A stretch of 64,000 nt of DNA from an uncultured Gammaproteobacteria bacterium (GTDB lineage: Bacteria > Patescibacteriota > Microgenomatia > Levybacterales > UBA12049): contig CAYOZJ010000001.1 of assembly GCA_964408485.1 (NCBI GenBank), forward strand, positions 28,366 to 92,365. Direction: 5' to 3'. The position numbers and the translations under genes are program-made. Position 1 is the first letter of the stretch, and every line of letters begins with the position of its first letter. This document shows positions 26,773-35,752 of the stretch, piece by piece. Under the pieces are notes generated by a model. It worked only from the letters and a program-made list of their open reading frames with translations. It was not told where the DNA came from and searched no databases.

Positions 26773-27417
26773 CTAGGGTGTTGTGTTAGGACTACTAACA
26801 CCATAGTTGCAAGGGTGGTGTTTGCCTGACGCTCCACAATCAACTGCTGCTGGAACGTTACCACATGTGCAGTACGTGAGACTTTCCGGATTATTAATAC
26901 AATTAGAGACCGTGGCTTTGCAAGTTTGTGTGTCATTTGGTCCTTGTTCAATTGACGTATAGAGATAGTATGACTGAGGAGATCCTCCTGGGGCATAGTA
27001 CACATACGTTCTACTAGAATCCGGATCTTTCGGCACAAGATCCATGTATGGCGACCAACCGCCTGATGCTCCCCATCCAAGACTGACACCATTAAAATCT
27101 GTTATGGTGTATGACGAACTGCTTTTTGGATAATTACCATGATCTTGATAATATTGCTCTAATACTCTTTGAATTTGTGCTAAATCAGACTTACGCTCGC
27201 CATCTCGCGCTTTTCTAAATTGCGCAAGGGGATTAAGGGCTGCAAGAGCAAAAACAGCAAGAATTGCTAAGATTCCAATAACGATAATCAATTCTATAAG
27301 AGTAAAGCCAGCGTTGCTGGAAGTTCCAAATCCCAATTTCCAAGAAACAATTAAATTCCAATACCTCAAATTCCAAATTGTTTGTATCTTGTTTCTTGTG
27401 TCTTGTGTCTTCGTCAT
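26773..27417 (-). CDS. prepilin (GspG-like)
   Basis: AG^FTLIELI, KARDGERKSDL; likely start 27417. Confidence 0.9.
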   Translation of the reverse strand: MTKTQDTRNKIQTIWNLRYWNLIVSWKLGFGTSSNAGFTLIELIIVIGILAILAVFALAALNPLAQFRKARDGERKSDLAQIQRVLEQYYQDHGNYPKSSSSYTITDFNGVSLGWGASGGWSPYMDLVPKDPDSSRTYVYYAPGGSPQSYYLYTSIEQGPNDTQTCKATVSNCINNPESLTYCTCGNVPAAVDCGASGKHHPCNYGVSSPNTTP

Positions 27418-27418
27418 A

Positions 27419-28213
27419 TTAATTAAATGCACAACTTTGACTGCAGTGCTGATCACAATAACAGTGGATATCTCCACCATAGTCTGTACACTGCGTCTTT
27501 GGTGCAATACTATTACATCTATTATCTCCTGTGCATCCATAAAACTGGTCACCAGGGCATGCAAGCGGCGTAGGAGTTGGTGTTATAGTCGGACCACCAC
27601 TGCCACCAGTAACAGTTGGAACTGTATCGCCTTGATTAATAACGTAACTGGCAACTTGGCTACAATCAACACTTCCTGAAATAGTACAGTAATTATAGTT
27701 ATTGGTTCTATACCCATTTGGCACACATGATGTTCGCTGTGCAAGAGGACAAGCATTACTTGGGACAGACGAACTCCGCAGGGCTGAGTACAAGACGTTC
27801 CATTGAGGACAGCTACTCGTTGAGTCAGGCTCATATAAGTAACACTTATCCGAATCACTGCCACAATCAGGATCCTGAGGAACTTTTTCCATATACACAT
27901 GATTATGTACTTTCCAGATCACCCCAAAGGTCAAAGAAGTTGGGTAACATCCAGTATCATTAAAGTAGCTATCAAGTGCCCTTTGAATTTGTCCCAAATC
28001 ATGCTCTCTCTTTCCATCATTTGCTTTATTGTATTGAGCAAGGGGATTAAACGTAGTAATCAGTCCAACAAGAAGAATTCCTAAAATAGCCAAAACAACA
28101 ACTAGCTCAATAAGAGTAAAACCTGATTGATAATGAAACCAACTATACGACTGAGAAAGATTCTTCAAAAACCAAGAATTCTTACTGCGTATTTCCATAA
28201 AAAATCTCCCCAT
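27419..28213 (-). CDS. prepilin (GspG-like) with Cys-rich C-terminal domain
   Basis: SG^FTLIELV; PTITPTPTP linker, then a Cys-rich tail. Confidence 0.85.
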   Translation of the reverse strand: MGRFFMEIRSKNSWFLKNLSQSYSWFHYQSGFTLIELVVVLAILGILLVGLITTFNPLAQYNKANDGKREHDLGQIQRALDSYFNDTGCYPTSLTFGVIWKVHNHVYMEKVPQDPDCGSDSDKCYLYEPDSTSSCPQWNVLYSALRSSSVPSNACPLAQRTSCVPNGYRTNNYNYCTISGSVDCSQVASYVINQGDTVPTVTGGSGGPTITPTPTPLACPGDQFYGCTGDNRCNSIAPKTQCTDYGGDIHCYCDQHCSQSCAFN

Positions 28214-28935
28214 ATTAGTGCTAGTAATGCTCCGAGAAAAAGGAAAGGTCCAAAAGCAATTGTGCTTCCTTTAAATTTCTTTTTCCCTTCTAAAATGAGT
28301 ATGACGCCGCATATACCACCTGTCAAGAAAGCTATATAGTATGCAACAACAATATATGGAAATCCAAGAAGAAATCCTAAAATTGCAACAAGTTTTACAT
28401 CTCCAAACCCCATCCCCCTGCCTTTAGAAAAAAGAAAAATAAGAAAAAGCGGTAAACTAGCCATAATAGCTACAACTAATCGCAAAGGAATCGTTGTGGG
28501 ATCGACAAGGAAAACAGCACACACAACAAGAATTCCAAACACAATAAGCAATGCATCCGACAAGATATGATACTTGATATCCATAATCGCAAGAGCAATC
28601 CCTAGAGAAAACAGTAACGCACTAATTGAATACATACCGAGATGAACCATATCGGTAGGCCACTGAAAAAGAAAAATCCCAATAAAAGCGATGCCAGTGA
28701 GAAGTTCTATGAGAGGGTATTGAAAAGAAAGCTTTTTATGACAATACCTACATTTTCCTCTCAGGAAGGCAAAGGACACAATTGGAATGAGATCAAACGC
28801 AGAAAGAGTATGATGACAAAAATCACAATGTGACCGACCAAAAAGTACTGATTTATTTGCAGGTATTCTATCAATCAAAACATTAAGAAACGAACCCATA
28901 CATAATCCAAAAATAAATAAAAAAAATATTGCCAT
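28165..28935 (-). CDS. pilD: prepilin peptidase (A24)
   Basis: GSFLNV, RSHCDFC, GKCRYC, GMGFGDVK, AFGPFL. Confidence 0.96.
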   Translation of the reverse strand: MAIFFLFIFGLCMGSFLNVLIDRIPANKSVLFGRSHCDFCHHTLSAFDLIPIVSFAFLRGKCRYCHKKLSFQYPLIELLTGIAFIGIFLFQWPTDMVHLGMYSISALLFSLGIALAIMDIKYHILSDALLIVFGILVVCAVFLVDPTTIPLRLVVAIMASLPLFLIFLFSKGRGMGFGDVKLVAILGFLLGFPYIVVAYYIAFLTGGICGVILILEGKKKFKGSTIAFGPFLFLGALLALIWGDFLWKYAVRILGF

Positions 28936-28998
28936 AAAACAACCCTCACCCTTGTATTCCCTCTCCCAAAAGGAGAGGGGGCTTTGTCACGTTACCCA

Positions 28999-30153
28999 TT
29001 ATGCTACCCAATAATTAAGACTATGCATCACAAGAAAAAGTCCTTGTAATAGTAAGCTTATGTAGAGATATGGAAAAGTAATTGTTTCATATTTTTTTTC
29101 ATATGACATAATCGATAAACATACAAATAAAGGAAAAATAATAACCAAATATCTTGTGTATGACATAAAACTACCACCCAAGACGGGCAACAATCCAAAG
29201 CAAAGACTATAAACAAAATATACTGCAGACACTCTTTTTCTCATAAAGAAAAGGGATACAACAAAGGAGAAAAAAAACAGTCTATCAAGCAGGGAATCAG
29301 TAAATCCATGAATATGCAATGGAAAAGTAAACAATGCCTTAAGAAAAAAGAGAGGATTAAAAAGAGAAAAAAATGAATAATGAGAAACAAAATTTTGCTG
29401 TGCGCTAAACTGTGCAAACAAGCTTCCCGCTGTAATATAATAGATGATCATTGCAAGAATAAGCCCAAAAATGGGAAGAAAAAGAAAGAGTGTCTTTTTT
29501 TGTAATACTGTTTTCCCAATAACATGCATTTCGTCATAAAAAGAATGACGAGAATATTCAAGAATATAGGAAAAAAAGAAAGGAATAAGTATCGCAACTC
29601 CAATCAAACGCGTCAACGGAAGGAAGAATGCAACAAGAGATGCTCTGACAAGTTTTTTTTCTTGGAGAAAAAGAAAGAATAAAATAACAAGCAGGAAAAA
29701 CAGACTTTCTGTGTAAATAAGAGAGAAATAAAAACTTGTTGGAAAAGCAAGCAGCAGCAACAGGCTTCTTTTTGCAATTTTTTCGTTGTATTGATTCTTA
29801 ATCAAGAGATAAAACAAGTAAAAGCCGATACAAGAGAAAACATTTGCAAGTACCATCCCTGCAACAAAACTATTTCTTACTATCAACGTTGTGAGAAATA
29901 TAATAAAAGGCAAAAGAGGAGAGAATGCATTAGATTCATCATTTTTATGATATCCTTTCTCGCTTATATAAAGATAGTGCTGTGCATCCCATGTTTTATA
30001 TGAAGTGACAAGTGAAATTTGTTCGCGTATTGGATACGTAAAATTTGCAAAATATGTTGGTGCATTAAATGGTAAAAGAGAAAAACAAAGAAAAATAAAA
30101 ACAACAATACAAATTTTTACTGACAGAATAATAAAAATTATATCTCGTTTCAT
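28999..30153 (-). CDS. polytopic GT-C glycosyltransferase, PIG-V-like mannosyltransferase
   Basis: WDAQHYLYISEKGY, AFSPLLP, YTESLF, SYTRY. Confidence 0.75.
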   Translation of the reverse strand: MKRDIIFIILSVKICIVVFIFLCFSLLPFNAPTYFANFTYPIREQISLVTSYKTWDAQHYLYISEKGYHKNDESNAFSPLLPFIIFLTTLIVRNSFVAGMVLANVFSCIGFYLFYLLIKNQYNEKIAKRSLLLLLAFPTSFYFSLIYTESLFFLLVILFFLFLQEKKLVRASLVAFFLPLTRLIGVAILIPFFFSYILEYSRHSFYDEMHVIGKTVLQKKTLFLFLPIFGLILAMIIYYITAGSLFAQFSAQQNFVSHYSFFSLFNPLFFLKALFTFPLHIHGFTDSLLDRLFFFSFVVSLFFMRKRVSAVYFVYSLCFGLLPVLGGSFMSYTRYLVIIFPLFVCLSIMSYEKKYETITFPYLYISLLLQGLFLVMHSLNYWVA

Positions 30154-30162
30154 ACAATAGGT

Positions 30163-32196
30163 TTATTTACTTGATACTCCAAGCGTATCTTTTGACGCTG
30201 ACAATGCCTTTTGAAAGTCTTTGCGATAGAGTTGGGTATAGGCGATACTTACCTCACTTGCTCTTTTTTTATCTTTAAAACAATTCAGATACATAGTATA
30301 TAAGAGAAAGTATGGTGTTTCTTGATACTGGTTGAGTGCTAGTGATTGAGAAAGATTATCTGCTGCATAGCCACATTTTCCAGCAATTCCAGAATATAAA
30401 ACTCCCAACGCGCTATATGCTTTATCATTATTCGGCTCAATATCGCGGGCTTTTTTATAGAAAGAAAGCGCGCTATCTGTATCTTGATAGCGTGTATAGA
30501 TAAAGGTTCCAGTAGCAATAAGTGAATTACTATACGCATTGGGGATTTCCGCAATTGTTAGGCTATGAGCAACAGGATTTTTTCTTTCTTCAATTGTTGG
30601 AGCATGAAGCGTTGACCAAATAGAACCAACTTGCATTTCGTAACTTTTTTTGTCGGGGAGACGATCTACATCTTGATACATTTCAAAAACAAGTCCGAAA
30701 GGTACCCATATAAGTTTTTCGCCTGTTTTGGGTTGAAATTGAGTTGTTGAAAAAATTCGCCGTGTGCTACTCATCGAACGGACTATCTTTATTAGTGCTT
30801 CTGTTCTATTTTTCGAGCTAACTCCTTTAAGACCATCTGCAATACTATTGTGCGTTACAGGTGTTGCCCCTATATTATAAAGGAGAATGTCTGGCCGGTC
30901 ATGAAGCGCGTAATGCACATACCATGTATTAAAAATTTGTGTATCCCCAGATATAAGAAGTACAGCATTACGCGGCAATGGATCGAGAAAGTCTTTCGCG
31001 TAGGTATCGCCAATCATAAGGGATGCAAGATTTGTCTTAGGGGTATTATAGACAAAAAGCATGAGCGGAATGAAAAGAAAAAGACAGGTAAAAAGAACTT
31101 CATAATGACGTTTGGGTAAAAAGCTTGCAAGACGCACAGTAAATACATAAAGGCCAATTCCAAAAGGAATAAGAAAAATCACCGTTGAAAGTAAGGTAAA
31201 TCGTTCGTATGCACCAATAATAAAACTGCTTGTTAAAGGAAATCCTGCATACATCAAAAAAACTGGACCAGAAAGCAACCACGCAAGAAATAGTGACGTG
31301 AAGAGTATTTTATCCTTTTTGAAAATGTGCCAAAACCCAAGAAAAGTAAGTACTATCGTTGGAATTGTTAACTGAAATAAAAGATACTGTACATAAAGCC
31401 ATAAGGTAACAAGGCGTTGCGCAAAGGAAGGCGTATCAAAAATACCAGCTTGAAAGGTACCATAATCTTTCCGGAGAATTAAATGAAAAAAGGAGGGAAT
31501 ATCATGAACTGAATCCCAATTAATAATTGGGTTATGGGCAGATGCAATAAAAATATATAAGAAAGGTGTTAATCCAAGAACAAATGATAAAAGCAAAAGA
31601 AGAATCAATAACATATTCTTTTTTATCTGAAGAAATAATTGTTTCCCAATTAATAGAAAAAGTGATGGAACGATAAGAATAATTGTTGAATGATGCGTAG
31701 AGGCAAGTCCGAGGCAAAAAAAGAAAAGATACAATACGGGTCCTTTTTTACTTTGACGAAAAAGAAGCGCCAAAAGAAATAGCACAAGCGCAAAGAATGT
31801 ATTTAACATAAATACTTCAGCAACTTCCGCATAAAACCAATAGAGAAAAGAGAATCCAAGAATGAGTGATGCAACAACACTGTTTAATGAATTTTTTGTA
31901 AGTTGCTTGGTAAAAAGATAAAAACATACAACGCCACCTGCTCCCGCAAATGCAGAAATTAACCCAACGGCAAATGCAGGAGAAATACGAGCAAGAATGG
32001 AATGAGTTAGTAAAAATCCTAGAAAGGTGAATAACGGATATCCTGAAGGGTGAGCAACTCCTCCAACGCTTGCTGCTGTTACTAAGTCGCCAACATCTCC
32101 TCCATAAATACTTCTCGAGAGATGACTAACGTAAAGCAGCAAAAATCCACTAAACAAAAATGTGGGCAGGATAATTTTCTTAACTAAAGAGAGCAT
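30163..32196 (-). CDS. DUF2723/TMEM260-like membrane glycosyltransferase with C-terminal TPR
   Basis: GGDVGDL...GVAHPSGYPLF, AEVFMLN, THH; TPR-like tail. Confidence 0.75.
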   Translation of the reverse strand: MLSLVKKIILPTFLFSGFLLLYVSHLSRSIYGGDVGDLVTAASVGGVAHPSGYPLFTFLGFLLTHSILARISPAFAVGLISAFAGAGGVVCFYLFTKQLTKNSLNSVVASLILGFSFLYWFYAEVAEVFMLNTFFALVLFLLALLFRQSKKGPVLYLFFFCLGLASTHHSTIILIVPSLFLLIGKQLFLQIKKNMLLILLLLLSFVLGLTPFLYIFIASAHNPIINWDSVHDIPSFFHLILRKDYGTFQAGIFDTPSFAQRLVTLWLYVQYLLFQLTIPTIVLTFLGFWHIFKKDKILFTSLFLAWLLSGPVFLMYAGFPLTSSFIIGAYERFTLLSTVIFLIPFGIGLYVFTVRLASFLPKRHYEVLFTCLFLFIPLMLFVYNTPKTNLASLMIGDTYAKDFLDPLPRNAVLLISGDTQIFNTWYVHYALHDRPDILLYNIGATPVTHNSIADGLKGVSSKNRTEALIKIVRSMSSTRRIFSTTQFQPKTGEKLIWVPFGLVFEMYQDVDRLPDKKSYEMQVGSIWSTLHAPTIEERKNPVAHSLTIAEIPNAYSNSLIATGTFIYTRYQDTDSALSFYKKARDIEPNNDKAYSALGVLYSGIAGKCGYAADNLSQSLALNQYQETPYFLLYTMYLNCFKDKKRASEVSIAYTQLYRKDFQKALSASKDTLGVSSK

Positions 32197-32202
32197 GAGA
32201 GC

Positions 32203-32739
32203 CTATTGCGAGCACCAATAGCAGGCAGTTGATGTTGGATTACAATCTCCAGTTGGTGAGTGTGGCGAACCATCTCTATTAAATTTAGCATTTGGATCCG
32301 ACCTTTGAGCTTTTGATTGTGGTTGGAAGCAGGCGGTAATATCGGTATCTGTTCCACTGACAATGATACTAGTTAATACACTCGTTACTGTCGTGAAGGC
32401 AGCCTTAATCTCTCCATCTGACACAAGACTACTCAAGCAAGTTACCAAATCAGGATTAAGAGACAATGACGTTGGATTATTATTGCCATTACACCCATTA
32501 TGCCATGGCATACTGTTATGAGTTGTGTAGTAGCGAATATTTGCATCAATAAATTCAACCGCAGTATTTTTAGTGTTCGCATCATTTGCTTTCTTAAGCT
32601 GCTCGAATGGATCAATAGTTGCAACAAGCGCTGCAGCCAAAACACCTAAAATACCAATAACAACAAGGAGTTCGATAAGGGTAAAACCCTTTTGTGAAGA
32701 AATATGAAAACTCCTTAGGAGTTTGGACAGTTTTTTCAT
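32203..32739 (-). CDS. type IV prepilin (candidate major pilin)
   Basis: QKG^FTLIELLVVIGILGVLAAA. Confidence 0.9.
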   Translation of the reverse strand: MKKLSKLLRSFHISSQKGFTLIELLVVIGILGVLAAALVATIDPFEQLKKANDANTKNTAVEFIDANIRYYTTHNSMPWHNGCNGNNNPTSLSLNPDLVTCLSSLVSDGEIKAAFTTVTSVLTSIIVSGTDTDITACFQPQSKAQRSDPNAKFNRDGSPHSPTGDCNPTSTACYWCSQ

Positions 32740-32884
32740 GAATCTATACTTTAAGTTAAACATACTTTTTTTAACCTTGTCAAGCCCCGTGTTTAGTCTG
32801 TCAATCCCACCACGTAATTACTCTCTTACCTTTCTCTCGCTCCTTTTTGATTTTCTTTTATTTTTAAGAGTAAAAAATAAGTAT

Positions 32885-33397
32885 ATGCGTCACCATGATA
32901 CACTTTTTACATATAATAAAAGCAGAGAAAGCAGTTCACCTAACCAACAAGGTCCTCCTTCCACAAATGAAAAGCAAAAACTCCACCATCTCATGAATAG
33001 ATCTCAAACACCACTGCTAGAAGTTACTACGGTTTTTCCTTTTGACTTGTTTCCTGACACGATTGTTATTGATGCAACCAAAGTACATATTATTGATAGG
33101 GAATTTTTCTTCACTGAAGAGATTCACAGTATCCCTATTAAAAATATCGTTGATATTTATGTCGATACAGGACCATTTTTTGCAACTCTTCGAATACTTC
33201 CTCAATTGATATTTCAAAACCAAATTACACAAATTCCAAAACTATGGAAATCAGATGCGATGAAAGCAAGAGATGTCATCCAAGGACTTATTCTTGCAAC
33301 AAAAGAAAATATTAATGTGACAAATCTGCCTGATGAGGTAGATACAGATCAACTGCAGCACGACTTACAATCACTGGGACGACCTCAGCCTCATTGA
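32885..33397 (+). CDS. hypothetical protein, bacterial PH-like domain
   Basis: FPFDLFPDTI...GPFFATL; ATG 32885. Confidence 0.6.
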   Translation: MRHHDTLFTYNKSRESSSPNQQGPPSTNEKQKLHHLMNRSQTPLLEVTTVFPFDLFPDTIVIDATKVHIIDREFFFTEEIHSIPIKNIVDIYVDTGPFFATLRILPQLIFQNQITQIPKLWKSDAMKARDVIQGLILATKENINVTNLPDEVDTDQLQHDLQSLGRPQPH

Positions 33398-34593
33398 ATA
33401 CTTGAAGTAAGGTTATAAATTGGAGTAATGATTGAAATAATCAGAAAAGATACGCCAATACCCAACACGATCATAATAAATGGTTCCATTGCCGTTGTTA
33501 ATGTTTTGACTGTCCCATCAACTTCACGCTCAAAGTACTCACTGACTTTAAGGAGCGATTCATCTAATTTTCCTGTTTGCTCGCCAATTTTTACCATTTG
33601 GACAAGAATGGGAGGAAAAATATCAAATGCATTCATAGCGTCCCCAATAGTAACGCCTTTTTCAACGCGCTTGGAAATCTCCTGAATTGCACTTCGATAG
33701 ATAACATTTCCTGTCGTATCAGCTGATTCATTTAATGACTGGACAACAAGCGTCCCTGCACTTATAAGAAGACCAAATGTACGGGTAAATTCAGCCATAA
33801 TGGTCTTTTTGATGAGATTACCAAAAACAGGAAGACGAAGCTTAATTCCATCGGTAATCAGTTTTCCTGAATCAGTTTTTCGCCATCTGTTATATGCAAC
33901 GCCAAACAAAATAACCATGCCCAAGATTAACGGCCAAAATCCAATGGTGAAATCAGAAACACTTACCATAAACTGTGTCGTGGGAGGCAAGGGAATATTG
34001 AGATTTTGGTACAAAACAGTTAATTGAGGAATAACAAAAATCATCATAACAAACATAACAACAACCATAAGGACAACAACAATAACAGGATAGGTAAGAG
34101 CAGACTTAATTGTCGCTTGCAATTTTTGTTGCTTCTCCAAGTTATCAGCAAGCCGCAAAAGTACTTTATCTAAAAATCCAGAAGATTCTGCAGCACGAAT
34201 AAGAGAAATGTAAATCGGATTAAAAATCTTCGGATACTTGGCAATTGCATCGGCAAATGTTTTTCCTTCTTGGACATCTCCTATAAGGCTATTTACCACT
34301 TGCTTCATCGCAGGATTCTGAACTTGTTCTTTTAAAATATTGAGCGCCTGCATAAGTGTTAGACCGGAGGAGAGAATGGATGACAATTGTCTTGTAAATA
34401 AAACCAAATCTTCTGTTGAAGATTTTTGAAAAAGTTGGGAAAAAGAAAAACTATTCGTTGCAATTTGCCTCACAGAAAGTGGCAACATACCTTTCCCTCT
34501 TAGAAATCCCACAGCCTCATTAACATCTCTTGCTTCCAAAACACCCTGGGTTATTTTGCCATCCTTGCTGGTCGCGCGGTACGTTATTTTCAT
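33391..34593 (-). CDS. pilC: type IV pilus platform protein (GspF/PilC family)
   Basis: FTRQLS, AESSG, YP, GEQTGKLD, EP. Confidence 0.95.
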   Translation of the reverse strand: MKITYRATSKDGKITQGVLEARDVNEAVGFLRGKGMLPLSVRQIATNSFSFSQLFQKSSTEDLVLFTRQLSSILSSGLTLMQALNILKEQVQNPAMKQVVNSLIGDVQEGKTFADAIAKYPKIFNPIYISLIRAAESSGFLDKVLLRLADNLEKQQKLQATIKSALTYPVIVVVLMVVVMFVMMIFVIPQLTVLYQNLNIPLPPTTQFMVSVSDFTIGFWPLILGMVILFGVAYNRWRKTDSGKLITDGIKLRLPVFGNLIKKTIMAEFTRTFGLLISAGTLVVQSLNESADTTGNVIYRSAIQEISKRVEKGVTIGDAMNAFDIFPPILVQMVKIGEQTGKLDESLLKVSEYFEREVDGTVKTLTTAMEPFIMIVLGIGVSFLIISIITPIYNLTSSIQ

Positions 34594-34595
34594 GA

Positions 34596-35675
34596 TTATC
34601 CAACCATTCGAAGTAATTCGTCAGGATGCAAGCTGTAGGATTTTGCTGTATCAAGACTAATTGCTCCTGACAAGACGAGTTGAGAAAGAGAATTGTCTAA
34701 AGCAATCATGCCAACATCTTGTGACGTTTGAATAATTGAGTCTATAAGATGCGTTTTGCCATCTCGTACGTTACTTGCAACTGCTGGTGTCCCAACAAGT
34801 ATCTCAACTGCGGGAATTCGTCCTCCAGAGATTTGAGGAATAAGCCTTTGCGAAATAATGCCCTTTAACGTAAAGGAAAGTTGTGTACGAATTTGAGACT
34901 GTTGGTGCTCTGGAAAACTATCAATTATTCTATCAATTGACTGTGATGCAGAATTTGTATGCAAGGTAGATAAAACCAAATGACCAGTCTCAGCAATTGT
35001 CATTGCAGCAGCCATTGTGTCCGGATCTCGCATTTCTCCAATTAAGACAACGTCTGGATCTTCACGAAGAGCACTTCTGAGAGCCATTGTCCATGAATGA
35101 GTATCTGTCTTCATTTCGCGCTGAGAAATGATACTTTTCCCATTTGGATAAACATATTCAATTGGGTCTTCAATAGTTAATATATGACTACTTCTCGTCA
35201 TATTAATTTCATTAATCATTGAGGCAAGCGTTGTTGATTTTCCTTGTCCTGTTGGGCCAGTTACCAAAATAAATCCTTGACGTAGATTAGCGAAGTTATG
35301 ACAAATTCTTGGTAAATGTAAATCTTCGATTGTTTTGATTGTTTTGGGCAAAAAACGGAAAGCAGCACATAATTGACCTCTTTGGTAATATGCATTCACA
35401 CGAAATCTTCCTAGGTCTCCATAAATTCCTCCACCATATGGCATGGAAAAATCAAGCTCTTTATTTGCTACTAATAAATCTTTTTGCTCAGCAGAGAGCA
35501 AAGTAAAAAGCATACTCGTCACACTTTCCGAACTTAACGCTGCAATCGATGCAACATAGGAAAGGGCACCATCAACACGAATTGCTGGAGGAAGTCCAGG
35601 CAATAAATGCAAATCTGATGCATTACTTTTAACGACTAATTCTAATAATTGTTGTAAATCCATAAGTTCGATCAT
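34596..35675 (-). CDS. pilT: pilus retraction ATPase
   Basis: GPTGQGKSTT, TIEDPIE, ALREDPD, AETGHLVLSTLHT. Confidence 0.96.
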   Translation of the reverse strand: MIELMDLQQLLELVVKSNASDLHLLPGLPPAIRVDGALSYVASIAALSSESVTSMLFTLLSAEQKDLLVANKELDFSMPYGGGIYGDLGRFRVNAYYQRGQLCAAFRFLPKTIKTIEDLHLPRICHNFANLRQGFILVTGPTGQGKSTTLASMINEINMTRSSHILTIEDPIEYVYPNGKSIISQREMKTDTHSWTMALRSALREDPDVVLIGEMRDPDTMAAAMTIAETGHLVLSTLHTNSASQSIDRIIDSFPEHQQSQIRTQLSFTLKGIISQRLIPQISGGRIPAVEILVGTPAVASNVRDGKTHLIDSIIQTSQDVGMIALDNSLSQLVLSGAISLDTAKSYSLHPDELLRMVG

Positions 35676-35752
35676 CGCCTATCGCAAATAGGTAATCGAT
35701 ATAATTTATTAAAACACAAACTATTACCGATAAGCCATATGCGATATGCCCA

